A stretch of 64,000 bases of DNA from Bugula neritina (taxonomy: Eukaryota; Animalia; Bryozoa): the NCBI GenBank assembly GCA_964035545.1, contig OZ037771.1, positions 7,411,190 to 7,475,189 of the forward strand. Direction: 5' to 3'. A program made the position numbers and the translations under genes. The notes beneath the pieces were generated by a model, which was given only the letters and a program-made list of their open reading frames with translations, made no database searches and was not told where the DNA came from. The stretch's first letter is position 1. Every line of letters begins with the position of its first letter. Shown here piece after piece: positions 48,882-60,800 of this stretch.

Positions 48882-51800
48882 TTAATCAAAGTTGGTGTTG
48901 AGGTATTTCGTGATATCTTGAACTCTCACCACGTCTCCAGGGGCCACTTTCTCCGAACACATGGGGCAAACGGAATCGTCTCCACTTTGAAACCTGTAAC
49001 ACCAGACAAGAATGATTCCTTTTCATACAATACTCTACACTAAGAGTTTCTCCTGCACCTTGCTACTCTTTTATCACAAAAAGAAACATCTTATGAGTGC
49101 AGTTGTACTTGTCCAGTTCAAAAAGAGGCTTGTAGTTATCAGATGTGTCATTGGTCAACCATTCATAATGACTATTGCTCAATATTCATAGACTGATGCC
49201 AATCTATTGGGCAACCTAAACAGATGCAAAATGCCAAAAATTATGTGCTAACCACCAAAGTGCCAACCAAGCTGCAAATTGCTACAAAATATACTACACA
49301 ATATGATAATGGTGTTGGAAAACGCAGCATTTTATGCATACAGGATGTGAAAGTGAAATCAAACTGTATAAAAAATATAAAATGTTTATCAACAACACCA
49401 GGGAGAAAATGGTGAGCTACATGTAGTGTTTACAGATCTACCAAACATATAGAACAGCAACTTACTTGGTAAATGCTTCATAGAGAGCAGGGAAATCACA
49501 TTTAGGACAAGCACCCATGTCAGCTTTGGTGAGATGAACACCCTGAAATAACATGAAGTATCACTGTTAGCCAACCACAGCGTGCCACATCTAGTCATGT
49601 TAAGATTACTAGCTTACTCTCATTAAATTGCTTTCGAATTTGCAGGAAAAAAAGTTTCTTGAAATACCAAATTTTGACACCTTTACCTTGGAAGAAACGA
49701 GATTTACCTACAGCAAGCTTTAAAACCTACTAAAAAGATGCAAAGACAGGTTTGCTTATAACTGAAATTCTAGGAACATAAGCTATGCTTTGATTGCTTC
49801 TCAATACGACAATTAAAGTCACGACTGCCAACTTGAATGACACCCGTTGTCACAAATTCTGAGTATACATATACCTATAGACTTACCGGGTTTTTCCTAA
49901 TGATTATACACGAATGTTCATAACTATTCTAGATTGATCAAAGAGATGGGTCATTGTTCATTGTTATTTTCATTAGTCATGTTAACTACTGTCCAGCAAT
50001 GTAAACAAGGTATTGCGCAATAATTGCGAAATAACCATGGAAATTCCAATGTTTTGTTTTGATTTTCTGTAAATAGTATTGGTATGTGGGGAATGTTTTG
50101 TACTAGAATCTTCTATACTGGAATGCTTGAGAATGTTCTAGAGTGTTTTGTTTACTATAAATACTGAGGCAGTTGTGTTTATGAATCAGTTCCTTTTTAT
50201 AAGTTCATTCTCAGAGTTCATTTTTATAAATTCATCTGTGCATATCTTACTAGAGAAATAAAGTCTACTTATATTCACAACTCTATTTACTCACAACTGG
50301 ATTAGCAAGCTGTATGCTACTTGTCCATACACTTCTGACTACCAGACTTTTCGAACTCGTCACACTGCTACCAACAGTTTTGTGACAATTGGGGGCTGCT
50401 CCGGGAAGTCTCAGTCGCACACAGGGAAGTTATTAGTTACAACGTGAGTATACACAGGATTAATTAACAGTTGTTGAGACATTATGGCGTTGTTGGAGAG
50501 AGTGACACAGATGGGTAAAGATCTTGGATTGGTGGAGGACAAGCTCGTAGCTTTTGTTGAAAAGAACCTACCCATTGTTGCTGCACAAGAGGAAAAAGAA
50601 AAGGCACGAGAGGAAAAAGAAAAGGACCGAGAGGAAAAAGAAAAGGACCGAGAGGAACGTAGATTAGAGCGTGAGGCAGAAAAGATCAGGCAAGAAAATG
50701 AGAAAGCCTTAATGGAGATGAAGATAAAAGCTGATCAGGAGGCAATGGCACTCAAGATTAAAGCTGACCAGGAGGCAGAAGAGAGAAGACAACGACATGA
50801 ATTAGATATGGAAAAGCTGAAAGCTAACACAAGTTTGGAGCACTCAAGACATGAGAGCACCAGGTTAGAAATAGCTAACAAACCAAAACCAAAAATACCA
50901 TTCTTTGATGAGAAGGTGGATGAAATGGATAGCTATTTAGAGCGGTTCGAGTGGGTTGCCGAAGGATGTAAATGGGACAAGGGAGATTGGCCCTACCATC
51001 TCAGTCAGTACCTAAGGGGTACAGCAACAGAAGCTTACATCCGGTTGTCACCTACCGATCGTAGAGATTATAAAAAAGTCAAAGAAGCCTTGTTGGAGCG
51101 CTTTAACTTGACTCAAGAGGGCTACAGAAAAAAGCTCAGAGAGGTAGAAGCTTACGAGGATGAAACTCCTGCCCAACTGTTCACTAGGATAGAAAGTTAT
51201 GTGCACAAGTGGGTGGAGCTTTCAGGGGGCATGGACATAGCCAAACTAGTGGCAACTGAACAATTTATATCATCATGCCCAGACGACCTAGCTGTGCATT
51301 TAAAGCAAAGTTCCTACAACAGCAGTGAGGATATGTGTGATGCAGCGTCACTGTTCTTGTACGCCCGTGGAAGGAAACTAGCAAAGACAAAGAAAACTAA
51401 TACAAAAAGGATGGAAAACACACCTGCCGGTAGCATGAGTGCTGAACAAGGAAGTAAAAGCGATGGTGCATGCTTCATCTGCAGAGATAAGTCACACATT
51501 GCTCGTAACTGCCCACGGCGAGCGAAGAAGTACTGTTCACATTGCAAGATGAACAACCACAATACTTCAGACTGCAGAAAGTATGGTGGGAGATCAGTGC
51601 ATGCTGCTGCTGCAATAGCGATTACTCAGAATAAGACTGGGGTCACAGATCTAGGAATTTCATCTAAAGTGGAAGAACCTGCGGAAATCACAGTTAATGG
51701 TAAAAAGTTTGTCAACGCTGCTGTCTGCAAGAATGGACCTAAATTCAAAGATGGGGGCACAGCGATATTTGATGCGGAAGTTAATGGCCAACGAGCTACT

Positions 51801-54800
51801 GTAATGCGCGACACCGGCTGTGGTTGCATTGTAGTCAATGCAAAGTATGTGCAACCTCAACATTTAACTGGAGAATCAGTTTATCTGAATATGGCTGATG
51901 CAAGTGTTAGAGAGGCTCAGTGGGCACTTATCTCAGTACGCTCACCATTTTACAATGGTGTCGTCAAAGCTGCAGTAATGGACAAGACGATTTGTGACCT
52001 GCTTATTGGGAATGTGGATGGAGCGAGATCAGCTGACCAACCGCTGGAAAACTGGAAGGACTGCGCCGTAACCACAAGAGCTCAAGCTGTCAAGGAGAAG
52101 TCAGGAGACAAACCCCTGATGATTGATTCAAATGCTAACCCATTAAGTATAGGGAAAGATGAAATAGCCAGACTGCAGAGAGATGACCCCACATTGGAGC
52201 GTTTCTTCGATGCAAAAGAAGTGAAGGAGAAAAAGGGATGCACCACCAGGTTTGTGGTGAGGAATAAGATTCTGTACCGTGAGTACACCGACTCGAAGTC
52301 TGTCAGTGTAAAACCTGTTAAACAACTCATGGTACCCAGTTCACTGAGGAAGGAAGTTCTACAGAAAGCTCATGACTGCATAATGAGCGGACACCTAGGA
52401 GTAAAGAAAACCACTGATAGAGTGCTTTCCAACTTCTTCTGGCCAGGACTAAACGGAGATGTCGTACGTTTCTGTCAATCATGTGACATTTGCCAGAAGA
52501 CGGTGAAAAAAGGCTCAGTCATGAAAGTTCCAGTACAGGAAACTCCATTAATTGACACCCCATTCAAGAGATGTGCAATAGACCTAGTCGGACCAATTAA
52601 CCCTCCAAGTGAGAAAGGACACCGCTACATCCTAACTTTAGTTGACTATGCTACAAGATATCCTGAAGCTACACCATTGAAGAACATTGACTCAGCTACT
52701 GTAGCTGAAGCGCTGCTTGACATATACAGTCGTGTTGGGATACCAGAGGAGGTGATAAGCGATCAAGGAACTCAATTCATCTCGGACTACATGAAAGAGT
52801 TTACCAGATTACTTGACATGCGACAACTTCCTACCTCACCATACCATGCAATGGCCAATGGACTTGTGGAAAAGTTCAACGGAACCCTCAAGAGTGTGTT
52901 AAAAAAGTTGTGTGCTAAAGAGCCAAGACAGTGGCATCGGTTCATCAATGCGGCTCTATTTGCATATAGAGAAGTCCCACAGGAATCAACAGGCTTCGCC
53001 CCATTCGAGTTACTCTATGGAAGAACTGTGCGTGGACCAATGTACATCCTGCGACAACTTTGGACAAAAGAAGACACTGCCGATGAAATCAAGACCTGCT
53101 ATCAACATGTTTTTGAATTGAGAGAGCGTTTAGATGACATGATGGAAATGGCACTAGCTTCGCTAAAAGACAGTCAAAAAAGATACAAACACTATTTTGA
53201 CAAGAAAGCTAAGCAGAGAGACTTCAGACCTGGTGACAAAGTGCTCATTCTTCTACCTACGGATGGAAATAAATTGCTGATGCATTGGCAAGGACCATTC
53301 AATATTGAGGAGAAAGTCAGACTGAATGACTACATTATCAACATTAGAGGCAAGAGGAGAACATACCATGCCAACATGCTGAAGAAATACTTTGAACGGG
53401 AGACGCCTACCGACTCTATGACTGCTGGAGCTGTGAGGACTCTAGATGCTGCTGGTGCTGGAATTATTGATCACGATAAGGAAAGAGAAGAAAGCCAAGA
53501 TGATTTGTTGGACCTGTACAGTAAGAAACAGCAGAATGATGAGATGGGCTATGTATTTACAGAACTTCAGAATCAAGGTGGAGTCAATCAAAGGAAAGGA
53601 CAATGTTGGAGCCGATTATCTAAGCCGAATTGACTCAGAATTTTAAGTAGTAAGGAGAAATTATTAAGATAATTTCTCTTAGAATGGGGGGTTGTCACAA
53701 ATTCTGAGTATACATATACCTATAGACTTACCGGGTTTTTCCTAATGATTATACACGAATGTTCATAACTATTCTAGATTGATCAAAGAGATGGGTCATT
53801 GTTCATTGTTATTTTCATTAGTCATGTTAACTACTGTCCAGCAATGTAAACAAGGTATTGCGCAATAATTGCGAAATAACCATGGAAATTCCAATGTTTT
53901 GTTTTGATTTTCTGTAAATAGTATTGGTATGTGGGGAATGTTTTGTACTAGAATCTTCTATACTGGAATGCTTGAGAATGTTCTAGAGTGTTTTGTTTAC
54001 TATAAATACTGAGGCAGTTGTGTTTATGAATCAGTTCCTTTTTATAAGTTCATTCTCAGAGTTCATTTTTATAAATTCATCTGTGCATATCTTACTAGAG
54101 AAATAAAGTCTACTTATATTCACAACTCTATTTACTCACAACTGGATTAGCAAGCTGTATGCTACTTGTCCATACACTTCTGACTACCAGACTTTTCGAA
54201 CTCGTCACACTGCTACCAACAGTTTTGTGACACCCGTGAAGAACTCAGGCAACTACTCAAGAGAGAAGGAAGGCTTACCGTAGCTATGCAGTAGGGAATC
54301 TGGTTCTTACACTCTGGACAGCTGAGCTCCATGTCAGTTAGCTCAAAGTCACAGTACGGGCAGGGTGAAGTCATCTCCTCCTCCTCAGTCTTATCTGGCC
54401 GTCTGCAGTTTTAAATTTAAATATGATAAAATATGGCCGCCTAATGGGCCAAACTTGGATAAGTCACAATATTTCTTTACCTCATACATATTATAACTAA
54501 AGTTGCGTTTATACCTTTACGATTTTTAGTCATAAATTCAATTTGGCTGAGTTGAAATTTCTCCGAGTTGCATTGCATTGTAAAAGCCACTTGTAAAAAT
54601 GTTTGTACTGTGATAACTTCATCGGCCGAGTTCAGAATAATACTCAAAAAGAGTAATAACTCCTTGTAAACATCATTATTTAATTATGACTTTGGCGATT
54701 AGATGGCGTACTTATATGTTAATAACTATATTGCCTATGCCTTCTCATTTATCGCTTTTGTGCCGTCAACTTTACTAATTCACGACGTTTTCAAAAGGCG

Positions 54801-57800
54801 TCAACTAGCAATTAGGTGAGTCAGATTTCACTTTTAGAATGTAAGCTTCCGCATCAATATGATTTCAGCGATTTTCAGTTTGACTATATGGTACTTTTTT
54901 CAGCAGAGGTATAAATGTAACTTTAGTCTGTGTAGTCTGGCAGAACTGGGGGTTAGGTTCGCAATCTCGGATAAAGTTTTTTTCTCTTTTGATTATTTAT
55001 CTTGAGGGTCCAGGTAGATGTTTCCAGGTGGGTGTGGACCTGCCACCCTTGAGCATTTCGAGAAATCCAAGATGGCCGCCAATTATGAAAAAATCGTAAT
55101 CTAGTCGGCATAAAGTCTATATTATGTTGCAAAAACAAAATTTTTTTGATGATTAAAATAGATGTGCATTTTTAGAATGAATGTGTGCAATGCCAGTAAT
55201 AAAGAAATCAAAGTAAAGAGCTAAGAGACATGTTTTTCAGCTCAAAAATCGGAATTGCTTCAATAAAACATCACATATGGTGCAGAGAAATGATACAAGG
55301 TTTTTGAATGACTGTTTGGGCACTGGGCAGATATATAAAAAAAACATTACTTATTGCCAGGAAATAGAAAGTGAAAAAAAGATACAGATGCAACATATTG
55401 CTCAGCTAAAGTTAAAATTGAACGTATATATAATCGTACAAATGCGACAAACTTTCACTCATGTTCATATTAAACACCTTTTTCATTTTTTTTTATCATT
55501 AGTATTTGTTAGAAATGTTAGTTCATTGCAGCACACTCCTGTTACTGCTTCACAAGGGCAGAACTCTGTGCATGGGATAGATGTACTAGAATAGCCATAT
55601 CTTGTTGTTTAACATGATTGTTGGCTTCCACAGGAGCATTTAATGAATTTGGGCCATTTTACTTTATTTAGTACACATCAGCAGATTATGATCAAACATT
55701 TTAAAGTTTGCTCAAAATTCATGAAACTTACTATATGGGGTAATAGAATTCGCTGATTCTATCTATGCATAACAAAATGACTGAGAAGAGGTCCTGCAAC
55801 ATTTAAGCGCGGCGTCGTTGTCATACGAGCTAAATATACATTTGTGAATCATCATGGCCTATATAATATCTCAATGTAATGATAAATTAGGAATAGACAT
55901 AGAAAATCATGCATAATTGGAAAAACCTTAATTATTCAGTTTTATTTGTTAAAATTTTGATAGTTTGAGGCAAAAATCTATATACAATAGCAGCTAAACT
56001 GTAAAAAATCGCCAAAAGCTAGAGCCGTCGAGTGTACACCAAATTAACTAACATGATCTACTTCATAATACTGTCTGGTGTAAGCACAACATCATTTCAT
56101 AATCCTTTTGGGAAAAGAGATTCTATTAGATTCCCTATCACTTACCAATGTTCTAGTGGGTTTAATGCCGCAGTTTCATATGGCTACCTGGAGGTGTGCT
56201 CTGGTGACATTGTCCAATAGCTTCATCTGTAGGAGGCAAAGTACATAAGTTAAAGGCACATCGCAAATAGCATTGCTGACCTTGGTTTCCCAAGTCTTTT
56301 GTCTTGTAGATGTCATGGAGGAGCACTTTGCATAATTGTAGCAACATAGCATAAACTTGGTAGCTTGTATGAATAGTAATCCTGAAAAAAGCACTAGTGT
56401 CACCAAATCACATTTTCCCTCTACCAAGACATTTAGTATGACTCCCTTTCCAATATTCTACATTGTTGCCCCTGAGAGACCATGGGAAGGCAGCAAATTG
56501 TTCATTATAGGGCTTTGTCTCAGACTTTCTCATCCAGTACGCCGTTGTCCAAGATGAGTAGCGATTTTGCAGGGCACCAAGTGCTATCAGAGAGTGTCAT
56601 CTGATTTTATTGTCAACATCTTCATCTGAGAAGCCACATTTCAGTATGCCATCCTTCACTGTATCCGTTAACCTTTTTTGCCCCCTCCCCCCTCTCCCTT
56701 TCTCTTTCTCTGTATCTTCATCTCAGCCACCATTATAATATCTTCCTCCGTATCTCTTCTGCGCACATGTCCATACTATTGAAGAGGTCTTCTCCTCATG
56801 TCTATTGCGATAGCTTCTATTTTGGCCTCCTCCTTTATATTATCATTTGTTACATGGTCTTCCCAATTCATATTGTAAATTTTTTTAAGCATCCTCATCT
56901 CAGTTGCACTTATCTGCTTCAATATTGACAAGAGCAACTGGGTGGCATCATTCTTTTAGTGGGTCACTGCAGAGTTCAATCTTCCGTTTGACAGACTCCC
57001 TGTCCTTTGAATCAGATTGGATTCTTGATTGCATCTCATCCTTATGAGTAGTGAAAGCATTTATTTCAGACTCATCCCTGATGTCACTGAGGCCATACTA
57101 TATCTTGTTGCATGCAGAAGTGCTGTACACCCACACCTTGAGAGTTTCGAATTTAGTGGTGATGCCAATGATTCCCCCTTGCTGTGACCAAATCTCACGA
57201 AGGTCACCTCAATGGTCATGTCTGACCAGATGCCGTCAAGCTGGCCGCGTTTATGATGCATTGCGTGGTTACCAGCCGCGAATTCAATCCTTACATCTTG
57301 TGGCATGACCTCCACGCTATGCAGATAGTACATTTCCTATTCCATTGCTAGGTGTAAGGCCCAGTCTCATTTTCTAACAGATATGATGTGGGTGTTGATG
57401 GTAAAAATTGGTCCAATAAAGCACATGGCCCACAGTTTTGCTGTTCTTGAGCTCTCTGCAATCTTAATCAACATCTTTTCAAGCTCCTTCATGCTAGTGA
57501 TTACACTTTCATCAAGACTAGCTTTAACAGTTCTCCCACCAATATTCTCAGACCTTGTACATTCTGGAGAAACTTTTTCTATTTAGCATTTTGGAGAAAC
57601 AACCAAAAGTAGAATTAACTACTTCTACCAAACCACTTTCAGCTATTAGTGTTCCAGTGCCCCCAACATAGGTCATTAAAAGGGGAGAAATTAATAGTAA
57701 ACGTTAATGAAAGGGGATTGGTATGAAAAAGGTAGGGAACCACTGTTCTAATAGATGTATTACTTCCCTCAGCATGAAATACATTTTCATTCATAAAAAA

Positions 57801-60800
57801 CTGTTGCAAATGCTTTTAGAGGAAAAGTCAAATGGGCTGATTGTAGAAATAGTTTTCGAAAGCAAAAATGTCAATATTTAGATAAATGATGTGTCAATAA
57901 TAAAGCAATTAAATTATGTTAAGAAGCCTTGGTGCTGTGTTATTAAAATTTTTGACCCCTTTTTATAACTTTAAAAAACATAGCTAAAGTTTTAAAACTG
58001 AAAATAACTATTAAGTTGGCAGCTCAACAAACCTTTTCGATAGGCATGCCAGTTGGAAATAAATTGCTATTCAACTCATATGGCAATGGCGTTGCATTTT
58101 AAGTTTGCAGAACTCCATTCAGCTTTATTTGGTGAACATACTTGTAATCAGCATATAAAATCACACCATATAGTAAACTTTCATGAAGTTAGAACAAACT
58201 GATGCAGAGATAAAAGGAAATTATAAACACGGCAAGGCTAGGTTAAACTTGAAAAAATGAATGATTAAGGCTTAGCTTAGTTACCCTTGGGTATCATTTG
58301 CCTATTACTCAATAATGCATATGATAAAGGCACATGCATCTTTATTATATTAATTTCTAAAGATTTCAAAGCATTGGAACCTTAAATTTAGCCCCAATGG
58401 GTAGGTACATTTGAATTAAAAAAAATCGTTTGGTGCCTGGCGGCCATCTTGAATTTCTCGAAATGCTCAAGGGTAAGAAGTCCACACCCACCTGGAAACA
58501 TTTACCTAGACCCTATATTTGAATAATCAGGAGAAAAAAAAACTTTATCCGGGGTTGCGAACCTAAGTCAAAAATTGGCATTTTTCTGCCAGACTAGTGT
58601 GCCAATTCTATAGAAATTACCTGGCTGCGAGCTGGGCTCGAGTCATAGCATGACAATTTAAGTTCAAACTAATGACTTGAGTTGGCTAGAGTCGTTTTCT
58701 AATTTAAGTAGCATATAGTAGGAAATTCAGTTTTGCACATTTAGCTCACCAGGTTTTCAATTGTCAAGGTCAAATTTTTCAGATGCAAATAAATGGTTTC
58801 TATTCAATAAACTACGGTACAGCTAGATGTTTTATTTGTTTCAACTGCATATTGGCTGTTGCAGTTAAGAATGTTAAATTTTCAAGCGCCTATGAAAATT
58901 CTTCAAAGTGTTGTTATGTATCCATCATTAAAATCTAACATTTCTAAAGGAAGGCTGGTGAATGTTACTGTCTAACAGTTTTACCAAAACATTCTACACA
59001 ACAGCAAGTGTTGACATGATGATTCAACAGCAGGACTTTGAACAAAATATGCTCTTTGCATAGAAATAATTTCTTACTAGTAGGTAACAAAATGTTTTTT
59101 AGTTGGGATGCAAGCTTTGGCCTGTAGCCTAATTTTTCTACCACTTGGCGTATAAGTTGCTCAGCCTCCATAAATCCTCCGGCATTTTTTTGAATTAATT
59201 GATTGGTTGATAGTCGACCTGAGTTCAAGCTGAGCAGACAAACCAGCTGAATGGTTAAATATACTGTCTGTCTGTCTGTCTTGAATTGGCTAAGCCAAGT
59301 GAAATCAGTGCTACAGAACTGAAATCTAATACGAGTAACTAGAAGCATATTCATTAAGTTTGGTAGACTTAATAAAAAATATGAAGCAGCATATGAAACG
59401 CACGTGCCACACACAACCGCCAACATCTGATAAATTATACACCAGATTCAAACATTTTACTAATGAAACAGCTTAGCTTTGCACTGTTGATAAATAGATA
59501 GGAACGAGAACTCATGGGGTAAAGCCATTTTCCAATCAATGTAAACAACTTTTAAAGCACATGAATATTGATCTATCAGCTCATCTAATGGAGTTCCAAA
59601 GTTAAATTTTCAGCTTATAGTTCAATTAGATCAGCTCAGGTTAATTTGTTTAAAAAAAGGTGTACAGAATCACAAAACTATTTCCTAAACTAGTATTTTT
59701 ACAGAAGATTCACAATCTGCACGACAGGGAGCACACCTAGACAAACACACAATTATTTTCCAGATATCTTTAAATAAAAAAAACCCTTTCGGCCTGGGAA
59801 ATGTAGGTGTGACTTATTACGCAGTGGGTGAATCTTGAAAAATCCGTAAAAAATGTCTGCGTTGTAAATTAAAATTTTTGAATAATTAGACTATTTCTAT
59901 TTATATGGAGACAGACTCAGACTACTTTGTCACCTGAATATGGCCCCATTCAGTTATTCACCCACCGGACTATGGCCTCAATCTTCTTCTTATACTTGAG
60001 GTCTAAGTGATTCTTGTATTCAGGACGCAGCAACATGGTGGCATAGCTGAATGCTGACGTCTTTAGACCAGCTTTCTGACACTCAATGACAGTGGATGTC
60101 AAGATAGGAACAATATCTACAAGATATATACTTGTGGTCATACACGCAGGGCAGGGGAGACAACTTACAATCCAATGCACATTAAATAAAAGGCAATACT
60201 TTCATATTTTCATATTCCAGTTATTGAAATATATTTAGTTATCAAAATTTCATATAATTTTGTGAATTTTGTTTTATAACCTACAAACAAAAAAGCTTTT
60301 AATATTTCAAGCCTAAAACAATTTTCATCTGTTAGTTGCAATCACTGAACTATAACCTATAGTTTCAGTTCAGTGGTCACAATATAAGCCAAATATTCTC
60401 TAAAATAGCTCATCACTATTCACTGTGGCATTAATACTCAAAATTCTTTTAGCCCCTTTCTTTAAAGTATTTGAAATTGGCATATAAAAGTATCACCAAA
60501 TGTTTCATTTCATGAATCCTTAATACATTTGACTTTTTAGTTATAATTTAAAAGTGCAAAGTGTACGGTTTAATCCAACTACTCTTGGATAATAATGACA
60601 AGATAATAAATTGTAATATCAGCACATGACACCATTAAAATGTTAAAATAATTTAATTACTATATCAAGATTTTAATTATTGGTTAAAACCTATGCATGG
60701 CACTACATAGCCATTTCTAATTAAAAATGTGATAAAGTAATTAAAAGTGCCATGCAGCTTTTATTAAAATAATAATTAATATACTTTGCTATTAACAGTA

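Larger units (their letters stand above)
49848..54232 (+). mobile_element. Ty3/gypsy Gmr1-like LTR retroelement lacking reverse transcriptase (non-autonomous), in a WDR19 intron, antisense to the host
   Basis: LTRs 49848-50387 and 53693-54232 (TGTCACAAA..TTTGTGACA); TSD CCCGT at 49843-49847 and 54233-54237; PBS 50390-50406; PPT 53681-53691; single Gag-PR-IN ORF. Confidence 0.93.
54933..58596 (-). mobile_element. Decayed TIR DNA transposon, Academ-like
   Basis: Imperfect TIRs of ~150 bp (54933-55081 and 58438-58596) starting TAGTCTGGCAGAA; 3-bp TSD GTG. Frameshifted transposase remnants on the minus strand: [36 protein letters not shown] (57061-57333) and LPPTDEA / [12 protein letters not shown] (56162-56427). 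Confidence 0.75.

Noticed and set aside
51314-52330. Antisense ORFs inside the retroelement
   Set aside because: Short shadow frames of the long coding strand, with no motifs.
50484-53633. Domesticated host gene or Ginger-type integrase DNA transposon
   Set aside because: LTRs, PBS, PPT, Gag, protease and the RNase H stub identify an LTR retroelement; identical LTRs argue against old domestication.
53446-53646. env-like or separate accessory ORF, or programmed frameshift into pol
   Set aside because: It is only the last ~40 residues of RNase H, with no TM/signal features and no RT to shift into.
58965-59426. 153-aa minus-strand ORF in a WDR19 intron
   Set aside because: No recognisable domain, non-ATG start, not needed for the in-phase WDR19 model.
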